Source of the DNA: an uncultured archaeon
GTDB taxonomy: Archaea; Altiarchaeota; Altiarchaeia; JAFGQM01
Direction: 5' to 3'
Assembly (NCBI GenBank): GCA_964619365.1
Contig: CAZUDQ010000001.1
Location: forward strand, 18,929 to 82,928
DNA: 64,000 nt
A program made the translations under genes and the position numbers. The notes under the pieces are model-generated. The model searched no databases. It worked only from the letters and a program-made list of their open reading frames with translations, and was not told where the DNA came from. Shown in pieces: positions 9,033 to 17,538 of this stretch. Numbering within the stretch: the stretch's first letter is position 1; every line of letters starts with the position of its first letter.

Positions 9033-9896
9033 TTAATCCAGTAAAAGGTCGGTTCTTTCAAGCGCGCCTTTTGTATCGCCAAAGAACTCCGCGGCTTTTT
9101 TCATCTCAGAAATAAATGCGTCTTTATCGCCAGAATCAATTTCTCCAGCAAGCCTGCCCGCGGCTTTGATATAAGCTTCCCGCACTTCTTTTGATGCCGG
9201 ATTTTCAAGCTGGATTTCTGCATATAACGCAGGGTCCTGCCCGAGTATCCGCCCTATAATATCAAATGTAAGGCGATATATCGGTGATGCCATCTCGCCC
9301 ACTTCATCGATGTCTGATTTCATGTCATGCATGGTAACTCCAGCTGAGATGAGCATGAAATGCGTTAGCGCCTGAACCGTTCCCATGGCATGATCATGTT
9401 CCTGTGGACTAGTCATTATGACGTTTGCCCCTTCTAGCCTAAGGAAATCGCAAAAATCGTTGAACCGCGCGCCTTCCCTTATTGGGCATAAGATGAAATT
9501 TTGACCTGAAAATGACCTGATGCTGGGACCAAATACCGGGTGCCCTCCTGCAACTTCAACGCCTTTAGGAATCTCGTTTTCCATCAGTTCGCATATTGGA
9601 CCCTTAACAGAAGTAAAATCCGTTATAAACGCCCCGTCCTTTAGGGAACTTGCAATCTCCTTGATTACTCCTGTTGTCTTTTCAATTGGGACTGTGACAA
9701 TCACAATATCAGCGCCCTTTACTGCTTCTTTATTATCCTGAGTATAACGCAGACCCAGCTCTTTTGAGGCAAGTTCGCCCTTCTCTTTTGTTGGACCCGC
9801 AATAACGACTTCAAAGCCGTATTCGTCCATAAGTGAGGCAAAAAGCCTGCCCATGCCCCCATAGCCTCCGATTATCGCAACTCGCCCTTTTGTCAT
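9033..9896 (-). CDS. tyrA: Prephenate dehydrogenase
   Basis: IIGGYGGMG, DFTSVK, HPVFGP, HDHAM..VQALTH. Start reassigned to ATG 9896. Confidence 0.93.
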   Translation of the reverse strand: MTKGRVAIIGGYGGMGRLFASLMDEYGFEVVIAGPTKEKGELASKELGLRYTQDNKEAVKGADIVIVTVPIEKTTGVIKEIASSLKDGAFITDFTSVKGPICELMENEIPKGVEVAGGHPVFGPSIRSFSGQNFILCPIREGARFNDFCDFLRLEGANVIMTSPQEHDHAMGTVQALTHFMLISAGVTMHDMKSDIDEVGEMASPIYRLTFDIIGRILGQDPALYAEIQLENPASKEVREAYIKAAGRLAGEIDSGDKDAFISEMKKAAEFFGDTKGALERTDLLLD

Positions 9897-10008
9897 TTTA
9901 AATATGTATTCTTTGCTGTAAAACCAAGAAAAGAGAGGATAATCATTTATCCCGTTTTTATTAGTTCTTCCATTCATTTAACTGTTCTTTTGGGGGTTTA
10001 AAAATAAG

Positions 10009-10701
10009 ATGAAAGTAGAGTTAATAGCGCATACGCCGGAGCCTGATAAGGTGTGCGCCGCATCGGCATTTATCACATGGAAGAAAAAGACAGCAGCCGA
10101 GCTTTTCAGCGAACTTTCAGACAAAGAGGCAGATGATTTCCTTCGCGTTGTAATGAACCTTGGGCACGTTTCAGTAACAGAGCACGCCGTATTCACATTC
10201 AGTATATCCGGGGTTTCCCGAGCCTTAACCCACCAGCTGGTGCGCCACAGGATGGCCTCATACTGCCAGCAAAGTCAAAGGTATGTCAAGTTTGGTGAGG
10301 ATGAGATAGAAGTTGTCATTCCGCCCAAAATCGAGGAGGACGAAAAGTCAAAGGAAATTTACCTTAAGGCAATACAAAACGCAAAAGAGGGCTATATCAA
10401 ACTTCTTGAGAATGGTATTGCACCAGAAGACGCGCGCTTCCTTCTTCCAAACGCCGCAACAACAAACATAATAGTTACGATGAATGCGCGCGAACTCAAT
10501 CACTTCTTCTCTGTGCGAGCGTGTGAGAGAACGCAATGGGAGCTTCGTGAGGTCGCAACTGAGATGGTACGGCTTGTTAAGAAAAAAGCTCCAGTCCTTT
10601 TTGAGAACGCAGGACCCAACTGCATGAAAGGGCCATGCCCTGAAAAGAACCTCTCCTGTGGTAAGATGGAAGAAGTAAGAAAGAAGTTTAGGGAGCTTTA
10701 A
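10009..10701 (+). CDS. thyX: FAD-dependent thymidylate synthase
   Basis: GH.SV.EH, RHRMASYCQQSQRY, EDARFLLP and QWELR motifs. Confidence 0.96.
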   Translation: MKVELIAHTPEPDKVCAASAFITWKKKTAAELFSELSDKEADDFLRVVMNLGHVSVTEHAVFTFSISGVSRALTHQLVRHRMASYCQQSQRYVKFGEDEIEVVIPPKIEEDEKSKEIYLKAIQNAKEGYIKLLENGIAPEDARFLLPNAATTNIIVTMNARELNHFFSVRACERTQWELREVATEMVRLVKKKAPVLFENAGPNCMKGPCPEKNLSCGKMEEVRKKFREL

Positions 10702-10703
10702 TA

Positions 10704-11693
10704 TTAAAGCTCTTCTCTTAATTCTTTAACAGCTGCGCCAAGTGCCATTAGTTTCTCAAATGCGATTTCTTCACTTGGAAGGAGCTTTAGTCCACAGTCA
10801 GGCTTTGGGAATATCTGCTCTGGGGTAAGGAACTCCATTGCACGCCTTATTGGCTTTTGAATCTCCTCTTTTGACTCAATCCGCTTTGTATGAACATCTA
10901 AAACACCAAGTCCAATATCTTTTTTGATGTCATAGTCTGCCAGATATTCAAGAGTCCTAAACGCGTTATTTGTGAACTCAAGGTCGTACTGGTCAACTGG
11001 GAACTCTAAGGCGTAAGGGAAAAGGCGTTTAAAGTCGCCATAGCAAATGTGAATACACTTGTACGTGCTTGACTTAAGCTTTCCGCAGATGATATCAAGC
11101 GCTTCTTTTTGAAGTTCTAGCTCTTCTTTTCCAGGGTGAGTGCAAAGTGCGGGCTCGTCAATCTGGATAAAGGGACATCCTGCGTCCTCAAGTGCTTTTG
11201 CCTCTTTTGCAAGGGCTTGGGCGAGATCTAAAACAAGGTCGCGACGTGACGCGTGTTTCTCGTAAAACGCCCATGAAGCCATTGTGTAGGGCCCAGTAAA
11301 CATCTGTTTGACAATAGCGCGACCGTTTGTGTAATCGTTTGCAAAAGTCCAATCGTCAACTGTCATTGGAGCCGTAAACTCAACGCGGTCCTCGGCTATT
11401 GGCTTGTTAAAATAATTGTTGCCCCAGATGCGCACCCACTGACCCTTTTTCATGCCACCAAGACGCTCTGCAAAAAAGACACTCATGTCTTCGCGTCCTT
11501 GCTCGCCATCAGCAATTATATCTATTCCTGCTGCGATTTGATTGTCAACGCACACCTTTGTGGCATCAGCCACAACCTTATCATAATCCTCTTTTGAGCC
11601 TGACCCAGCCTCCCAGCTGTGAAGAGCCGCAAGGACTTTTGGCGAGCGTGGGTTGCTACCAACAACTGTCATTGGTAAAATCTTTCTTTCCAT
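10704..11693 (-). CDS. metE: Cobalamin-independent methionine synthase, catalytic (C-terminal) half of split MetE
   Basis: DGEQGR, TGPYT, IQIDEPA and Zn ligands HICYG, E and PDCG. Start reassigned to ATG 11693. Confidence 0.9.
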   Translation of the reverse strand: MERKILPMTVVGSNPRSPKVLAALHSWEAGSGSKEDYDKVVADATKVCVDNQIAAGIDIIADGEQGREDMSVFFAERLGGMKKGQWVRIWGNNYFNKPIAEDRVEFTAPMTVDDWTFANDYTNGRAIVKQMFTGPYTMASWAFYEKHASRRDLVLDLAQALAKEAKALEDAGCPFIQIDEPALCTHPGKEELELQKEALDIICGKLKSSTYKCIHICYGDFKRLFPYALEFPVDQYDLEFTNNAFRTLEYLADYDIKKDIGLGVLDVHTKRIESKEEIQKPIRRAMEFLTPEQIFPKPDCGLKLLPSEEIAFEKLMALGAAVKELREEL

Positions 11694-11697
11694 TTTC

Positions 11698-12636
11698 TTA
11701 GATGTTTGAAGTCGCCTTAAGGATGTCAAGCTTCCTTAGAGCGTATTCACGCGGCAGGTATTCAAGACCGCAGTTTGTCGATATTATCACATCATCGCCA
11801 AAGTCATTTGCGACGCTTGCAACTTTTGCAGGGTCCTCTGCTTTGATATTTCGCGCGTCGACAAGACCAAGCTGTGCGTTTTTTATCCCTGCGTCCTTTG
11901 CAATGTTTAAATCGTTTTTCATAGACACGCAGTCAAGCCCGACGTAATCGCATTTTATGTCTGCAAGCCTTCCCGCAAGAGACGAATCAAGCTTTCCAAA
12001 GTATGTTGCGACAATAGATTTGCCCCTTGTTGCCCAGGAGAGCTTTTCTATTTCCTCTTTTATGTGGATGAAATCATCATCACTTGGCGGATTATATGAA
12101 AGAGCCGGCTCGTCAATCTGTATGAAATCAGCCTCGATAGTGTCAAGCTCGGATAGTAGCGCCTTTGATATTGCAGAGATGCCTTCTGCGGCATTGTTAT
12201 AGAATTTGTCGTCTGAAAGCGAGTAAAGCGTATAGGGTCCCGGAATAACTGCCTTTATTTTCGCACCGGGGTTTGCCTCTTTTAAGAGTTCTAATTCTGG
12301 TGCTATGACTGGTTTTCCCGCATTTATTGCAGATTCGATAACGGGGCGCCTGTAATAGTTATTATTGTCAAAGAAACGTATGAGTCCTGTCATTTTTACA
12401 CCTTGCCAAGACGCCATGACGCTTGCAAGATAATCATCCCAGCTAAGCTGCCCGTCTGTAATCACATCAAGACCCACTTCGTCTCCAACTACTTCGCGCA
12501 GTGCCTTGATATACTCTTCACTATCCTCTTCTGTCGGATTTTGGTTTGCTTTTTTCTGCTTTCCGTGTGCCTTAAGCAAGTACTCTCTTAGAGACTGTGG
12601 CCGCGGATAGCTCCCGAATGACGCTGTTAGAAACAT
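11698..12636 (-). CDS. Split MetE N-terminal (folate-binding) half
   Basis: TDGQLSWDD, RFFDNNNYYRRP, IQIDEP, DARN; lacks the His/Cys Zn site; directly upstream of the catalytic half. Confidence 0.85.
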   Translation of the reverse strand: MFLTASFGSYPRPQSLREYLLKAHGKQKKANQNPTEEDSEEYIKALREVVGDEVGLDVITDGQLSWDDYLASVMASWQGVKMTGLIRFFDNNNYYRRPVIESAINAGKPVIAPELELLKEANPGAKIKAVIPGPYTLYSLSDDKFYNNAAEGISAISKALLSELDTIEADFIQIDEPALSYNPPSDDDFIHIKEEIEKLSWATRGKSIVATYFGKLDSSLAGRLADIKCDYVGLDCVSMKNDLNIAKDAGIKNAQLGLVDARNIKAEDPAKVASVANDFGDDVIISTNCGLEYLPREYALRKLDILKATSNI

Positions 12637-12696
12637 TTTTGCCTTTTTTGTAATTTTAGGATATAAAAGCTACTAGTAAAAAATTACTAAGAATGA

Positions 12697-12769
12697 TAGC
12701 CCCGCCAGGATTCGAACCTGGGTCGCCCGGTCCAAAGCCGAACATGATTGGCCGCTACACTACGGGGCT
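12697..12769 (-). tRNA. tRNA-Gln(UUG)
   Basis: AGCCCCG/CGGGGCT acceptor stem with archaeal A1-U72, anticodon loop CT-TTG-GA, GTTCGAATC T-loop; CCA not encoded. Confidence 0.96.
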
Positions 12770-12841
12770 ATTTTAAACTATCTAAACGCGGCTAATTAGA
12801 ACTATTTACAATAAAAAGCTTGCTTTGTGGAATTTTTTTGT

Positions 12842-14506
12842 CTACAGAAAGTATGGCAGGAAATTAAGGAAGAATACTGCCAGGATAAAAAGCGTAAAAA
12901 ACTGCATGAGCATCGCCGAAAGCTTAATCTTCTTGCCACCCTTGACTCCGCGCTCAGCCTCGTTGAAAAAAGCTTCATAACAGTAGCCCCCGTCAAGCGG
13001 TTTGAAGGGGAGAAGATTGAATATTCCTATTGCAAGATTCAGGAAGAATATCCACTTTAGAAGGGAAAATACGATGTCCCATCCGTTTTCTGCTAGTTTT
13101 GAACCGGACAATCCCGGTGAGAATGCATACCCGCGCTCTGATGTTATAGGGTCAGTCTGCTTGACAACACCTGCAAACCCTGCACCGGCAACATAAGGCG
13201 ACTGGGCAAGGATTATCTCTTCAGTCCTATTACTGAGTTTTAAAGTTATTGTATCGCCTGCAGCCTTATCCGACAGGACTTTTGAGAAATCAGAAAATGT
13301 TCCGGTTGTCATGCCGTCTACTGCAAAAACAAGCTCTCCTGGATAAAGAACTTCTGCTGCCCCCGTCCCTTCAACTGTTGCCCCCACATAAAACCCTTCT
13401 GCTTCCACCAGACCCGATACGGCAAGTCCCCACGCAAGAACGTATGCTACTATTGCCACGACAAATATGTTTGCAAAAGAGCCTACGGCATAGACTCTTG
13501 TTCTTTTTTCTTCAGAGAACTTTGGAAATTTCTTAGGGTCCGGCTCGACAAAAGCGCCAAGCGGGATTATGCTTGAAAAAAGAAGTCCAGTATTTTTTAC
13601 GGAGATACCTTGAGCGCGCGCAACAAGTCCGTGGAAACCTTCGTGAAGTGCGAGCATTATTATTAAGGCGATAAGAATATCTGGGAATATCGGTATTGAA
13701 AGGTCGGTTCCTGCGTACTTTAGAACAGGGATTCCGTTTTCTACGTCAGGATAACCTATGTTTAGTCCAGGCGTTTCAGATGCCCCCGCAACGACCATTC
13801 CCGCATTAAGGACAAGTGGAATCAAAAGATAAAACGGTATTCCAAAGGCACCTATGAGAAGGCCTGTTAGGACATATGTCATATCGCCGTATACGAATGC
13901 GCCATAAAATGAGGTTCCGCCAAAAGCAAGTATTCCAAGAGCCAGAATTATTATCGATGCTTTCTTTGAAGATAACTTTGGAATCAAAAAGTATACAAGC
14001 GCAGCTACTGCCAGTGTTGCCACGAGGCTTTCAAGTCCAATGTTAAAGACAAGAGCAAACGGTAGGAAGGAGAACGCGAGTGCGCCTGTAAGGACCAGGA
14101 TTGCGAGCGCCGCAAGTATTGCTGCAATCACTTGTTTTCCTTTGACCCCTCGCTTTGAAGCGACATATCCCGCACCAACTCCTGCAAAAAGAAGTATTAG
14201 CGCCGCATCAGCCAGGTCTTTCCAAAAAGTCGGATGGCCGGCACCTAGGGAATCCATGAGCTTTATTCCTTTTTGGGAATTTATCTTTGTCAGAAGACCG
14301 CCTGCAATATTATCTGCGCCCTTTATTTTTGGGACAAGAACATAACCTAAGAGCACCACGCTTGCAAGCACTAGCCAGGGCCAGTTTATTATAATATATT
14401 TGTCAATGACACCCGCCCCGCTGTTAAAATATCCGGGGATAAGGGCAACGGCGAGTGCGACAAGAATGGGAAGAATTCCAATTGCGCGCTCTTTATGTTT
14501 TGACAT
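12842..14506 (-). CDS. Site-2 (M50) intramembrane metalloprotease with PDZ domain
   Basis: HEGFH, GAFVEPD, NLLPFKPLDGG, PDZ-like insert and extended N-terminal TM region. Confidence 0.92.
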   Translation of the reverse strand: MSKHKERAIGILPILVALAVALIPGYFNSGAGVIDKYIIINWPWLVLASVVLLGYVLVPKIKGADNIAGGLLTKINSQKGIKLMDSLGAGHPTFWKDLADAALILLFAGVGAGYVASKRGVKGKQVIAAILAALAILVLTGALAFSFLPFALVFNIGLESLVATLAVAALVYFLIPKLSSKKASIIILALGILAFGGTSFYGAFVYGDMTYVLTGLLIGAFGIPFYLLIPLVLNAGMVVAGASETPGLNIGYPDVENGIPVLKYAGTDLSIPIFPDILIALIIMLALHEGFHGLVARAQGISVKNTGLLFSSIIPLGAFVEPDPKKFPKFSEEKRTRVYAVGSFANIFVVAIVAYVLAWGLAVSGLVEAEGFYVGATVEGTGAAEVLYPGELVFAVDGMTTGTFSDFSKVLSDKAAGDTITLKLSNRTEEIILAQSPYVAGAGFAGVVKQTDPITSERGYAFSPGLSGSKLAENGWDIVFSLLKWIFFLNLAIGIFNLLPFKPLDGGYCYEAFFNEAERGVKGGKKIKLSAMLMQFFTLFILAVFFLNFLPYFL

Positions 14507-14548
14507 GACTGGTATTTTATTCTTCAGCCTTAAAATAAGCCTATTAAA

Positions 14549-15697
14549 GTGAAGGAGCTAAAGATAATAGGAACGGCGCACGTGTCGCCTGAAAGCGTGA
14601 GGGAGGTTCGCGAGGCGATAATCAAATACAGGCCTGGTGTTGTTGCTCTTGAGCTTGATTCCGAGCGTCTTGATGCCATCTTGCATAAGAAGAAATGGGA
14701 GGAAAAGCCTATTACAGACATGATAAAAGGCAACAATTCCTATTTCCTTTTAGGCTACTCCCTCCTTAGCGCATTTGAGCAAAAGATTGGTGAGAAAACC
14801 GGCGCTAGACCCGGGGACGAACTCCTTGCAGGATACAAAGCCGCAAAAGAAGTCGGGGCAAAAGTCGAACTAATCGACAGGCCAATTGGCGTGACCTTAA
14901 AGCGCGCATGGAAAAAGTCATCGTTTAAGGAGAAGATTAAGATATTATGGGAGTTTTTCGGCGTTGCTTTTGGTGGCGGGGGAGACGACCTTGAAATAAC
15001 CCCTGAGCTCATTGAATCCTTAAAACAAGAAGATGTTCTTACTCAGGCGATGGAAGAGCTTTCACAAATTGCGCCATCAGCTAAAAAGGTCTTTATTGAC
15101 GAGCGCGACCTCTATATCGCAGGTAAACTAAAGGACCTTGAAAAGTCGCCTGATGCAAAAAAAGGAGTTATCGCAGTTATTGGAAAGGGGCACGAAAAGG
15201 GCGTTAAAAAACATCTGGCGGAAAAAACGAGCGTTGATTTCAAAGCGCTTGAAGAGGTTCCCAAAAAGAGGTTTAAGACACGCTGGATATTCTACGGGAT
15301 AACATTTGCAATAATTGCAATATTCCTTTATGTGGGACTGAACAACCCGAAAAACCTTCCTGAATACCTGTTCTGGTGGTGTATTATAAACATAGTATTT
15401 TCTGCAATAGGCGGAATAATCGCTCTGGCTCATCCGCTTTCAATAATCGCAGGAGCCCTTTCATCGCCCATAACATCTCTTGTCCCGACAATTGGAGCTG
15501 GCTGGGTTGGAGGTATAGTCGAGGCAAAACTAAGGACACCTACTGTTAAGGACTTTAATAAACTCAGGGATTTGGGTGGCATCAAGGATTTTTGGAGCAA
15601 CCGCTTTACTCACTTGCTTCTTGTTGTCGCGCTGATAAACGTAGGAAGCCTTATTGGAACTTTTGTGGCACTCCCATTCTTACTCAGCTTATTTTAA
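14549..15697 (+). CDS. TraB/GumN (PrgY-like) family protein
   Basis: IGTAHVS, VALELD, LIDR, DERD, GKGH and C-terminal TM helices. Confidence 0.92.
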   Translation: MKELKIIGTAHVSPESVREVREAIIKYRPGVVALELDSERLDAILHKKKWEEKPITDMIKGNNSYFLLGYSLLSAFEQKIGEKTGARPGDELLAGYKAAKEVGAKVELIDRPIGVTLKRAWKKSSFKEKIKILWEFFGVAFGGGGDDLEITPELIESLKQEDVLTQAMEELSQIAPSAKKVFIDERDLYIAGKLKDLEKSPDAKKGVIAVIGKGHEKGVKKHLAEKTSVDFKALEEVPKKRFKTRWIFYGITFAIIAIFLYVGLNNPKNLPEYLFWWCIINIVFSAIGGIIALAHPLSIIAGALSSPITSLVPTIGAGWVGGIVEAKLRTPTVKDFNKLRDLGGIKDFWSNRFTHLLLVVALINVGSLIGTFVALPFLLSLF

Positions 15698-15709
15698 GAT
15701 TAGTTTGTT

Positions 15710-16201
15710 TTATTCCTTGCGGCGTATTACTATTACATCACCCATAGTAAGCGCGCCCCCTTTCTTTTGGCTTGAAGAGTAAGATTCTTCTTCATCTGTT
15801 ATGTAATCGACAAGCTGGAGTGAAAGAATCCGTTCAACCTTCTTTGCTATACCAATCGTGGGAATATACCCATGCTCAATTCGCTTTACCATGGAGGCGT
15901 GCTCTGCGATTTTTTGGCCAAGTTCTTCTTGAGTCCATTTGCGCTTTTCACGCTCTTCCTTGACTAGTTCACCGATGTCATCAACAACTTCAGGCGTGCG
16001 AACGCTTCGTTTTACAGTAAGGTTCCTTTGCACCTCTTTTCTTTTCTCGTCTTTGCGGACTTGAGCGCTTGTTTTTTCCTGGAGCTCTTCGATTATCGTT
16101 CCCATACTGGCGCATCTTTCACAGACTAAGGCTTCTGTTCCCGCCACTTTTGCCAGATATTTTACCTCGCCTCGCCCACAGAGGTCGCATGCCGTCTTCA
16201 T
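15710..16201 (-). CDS. mbf1: Archaeal multiprotein bridging factor aMBF1
   Basis: CDLCG...CERC Zn ribbon, HTH TQEELG and C-terminal LTMGD. A GGTGG SD favours ATG 16201. Confidence 0.92.
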   Translation of the reverse strand: MKTACDLCGRGEVKYLAKVAGTEALVCERCASMGTIIEELQEKTSAQVRKDEKRKEVQRNLTVKRSVRTPEVVDDIGELVKEEREKRKWTQEELGQKIAEHASMVKRIEHGYIPTIGIAKKVERILSLQLVDYITDEEESYSSSQKKGGALTMGDVIVIRRKE

Positions 16202-16270
16202 TTCATCCACCTACATTGACTAAAAATTGAACTGTATTTATTGCGTGTCAGTCAAAAAATACCACAAAAC

Positions 16271-17518
16271 ATGAAAACTGAGGTTTCTTCTGGAGAGCAC
16301 GTCAAAATTGTCGCCGGAGCCAAAGAATATGAAGGCATCGTCATGCCAAGATCTGAGCTTGAGCGCCCAGGTATCCTTTCACTCAAACTGACTTCAGGCT
16401 ATAACATCGGACTTTTGGAAAAAGATATAAGCGAAATAAAAAAGCTTGGCTCGCGTGAGAAACTTGAGTCGTTTCCGTCCAAACCCCCAAGCAAAAACCC
16501 AAAGCTTCCATCAATTGACATACTCGGATGCGGAGGAACAATAGCATCAAGAGTCGATTATGTGACAGGGGGCGTCAAATCCGCAATGAGTCCTGAAGAG
16601 ATATTATTCAGCGTCCCAGAACTTGGCAGTGTCGCAAACATAAATGACGCACGTATTATACTTAATGTCTGGTCTGAAGCCATGAACCACAAGGACTGGG
16701 AGACTATGGCAAAAGAGACAAAAAAGAGTCTTGACTCGGGTGTCCGAGGGGTCGTTCTCATGCACGGCACAGACACTATGCACTACTCTTCTGCCGCACT
16801 TTCATTCATGCTCCCTGAGATATCGGGTCCTGTTGTCTTTACAGGCGCCCAGAGGAGCTCAGACCGCGGAAGTAGTGATGCTGTAGAGAATCTCCTTTCT
16901 GCAAGTATTCTTGCCGCAAAGAGCGATATAGGTGTTCCTGTGCTCTGTATGCACGAGACAAGCTCAGACGGTGCGTGCGCAGCCCATCTTGGGACAAAAG
17001 TAAGAAAGCTCCACTCTTCAAGGCGCAATGCTTTTACTAGTGTGAATGCGAGTCCCGTCGCACGGGTTCTTCCAAACGAAAGAAAGCTCATTATGCTTGG
17101 AGATTCAAAGCCACTTTCAGATTCCACCAAAATTGACACTCGCTTTGATTCTAATATCGCGCTTCTTAAAGCATTCCCTGGTGCAAAAGGCGAGATGATA
17201 GACTCTCTTGTTGCAAACGGAACAAAGGGCATTGTAATTGAAGCAACAGGCCTTGGGCAAGTCAACAACGAATGGATGAAGGAGGTAACAAAGGCGATAA
17301 AAGATGGCGTTACAATCTGCTTTGCTGCCCAGACGATTTATGGGCGCCTTGATCCTTATGTTTATGAGCCTGCACGAAGGATGCTAAAGGCAGGCGTCAT
17401 CTATTGCGAGGATATGCTTTCTGAAACCGCTTATGTCAAGCTGGGATGTGTTCTCGGGCAAAAGCTAGACCCAAAGGAAGAAATGAGAAAAAGTTGGGTT
17501 GGCGAGATATCTGAGTAA
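16271..17518 (+). CDS. gatD: Glu-tRNA(Gln) amidotransferase subunit D
   Basis: KLTSGYNIG, GGTIASRVDY, HGTDT, GAQRSSDRGSSD. Start reassigned to ATG 16271. Confidence 0.96.
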   Translation: MKTEVSSGEHVKIVAGAKEYEGIVMPRSELERPGILSLKLTSGYNIGLLEKDISEIKKLGSREKLESFPSKPPSKNPKLPSIDILGCGGTIASRVDYVTGGVKSAMSPEEILFSVPELGSVANINDARIILNVWSEAMNHKDWETMAKETKKSLDSGVRGVVLMHGTDTMHYSSAALSFMLPEISGPVVFTGAQRSSDRGSSDAVENLLSASILAAKSDIGVPVLCMHETSSDGACAAHLGTKVRKLHSSRRNAFTSVNASPVARVLPNERKLIMLGDSKPLSDSTKIDTRFDSNIALLKAFPGAKGEMIDSLVANGTKGIVIEATGLGQVNNEWMKEVTKAIKDGVTICFAAQTIYGRLDPYVYEPARRMLKAGVIYCEDMLSETAYVKLGCVLGQKLDPKEEMRKSWVGEISE

Positions 17519-17538
17519 CTTCTTTAAAAATATTTCAA

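Noticed and set aside
12675-12690. TAGTAA-AAAA-TTACTA inverted repeat upstream of metE, resembling the 47352 repeat
   Set aside because: Only 6 bp, AT-rich, different spacing, and it sits in the tRNA-Gln 3' trailer.
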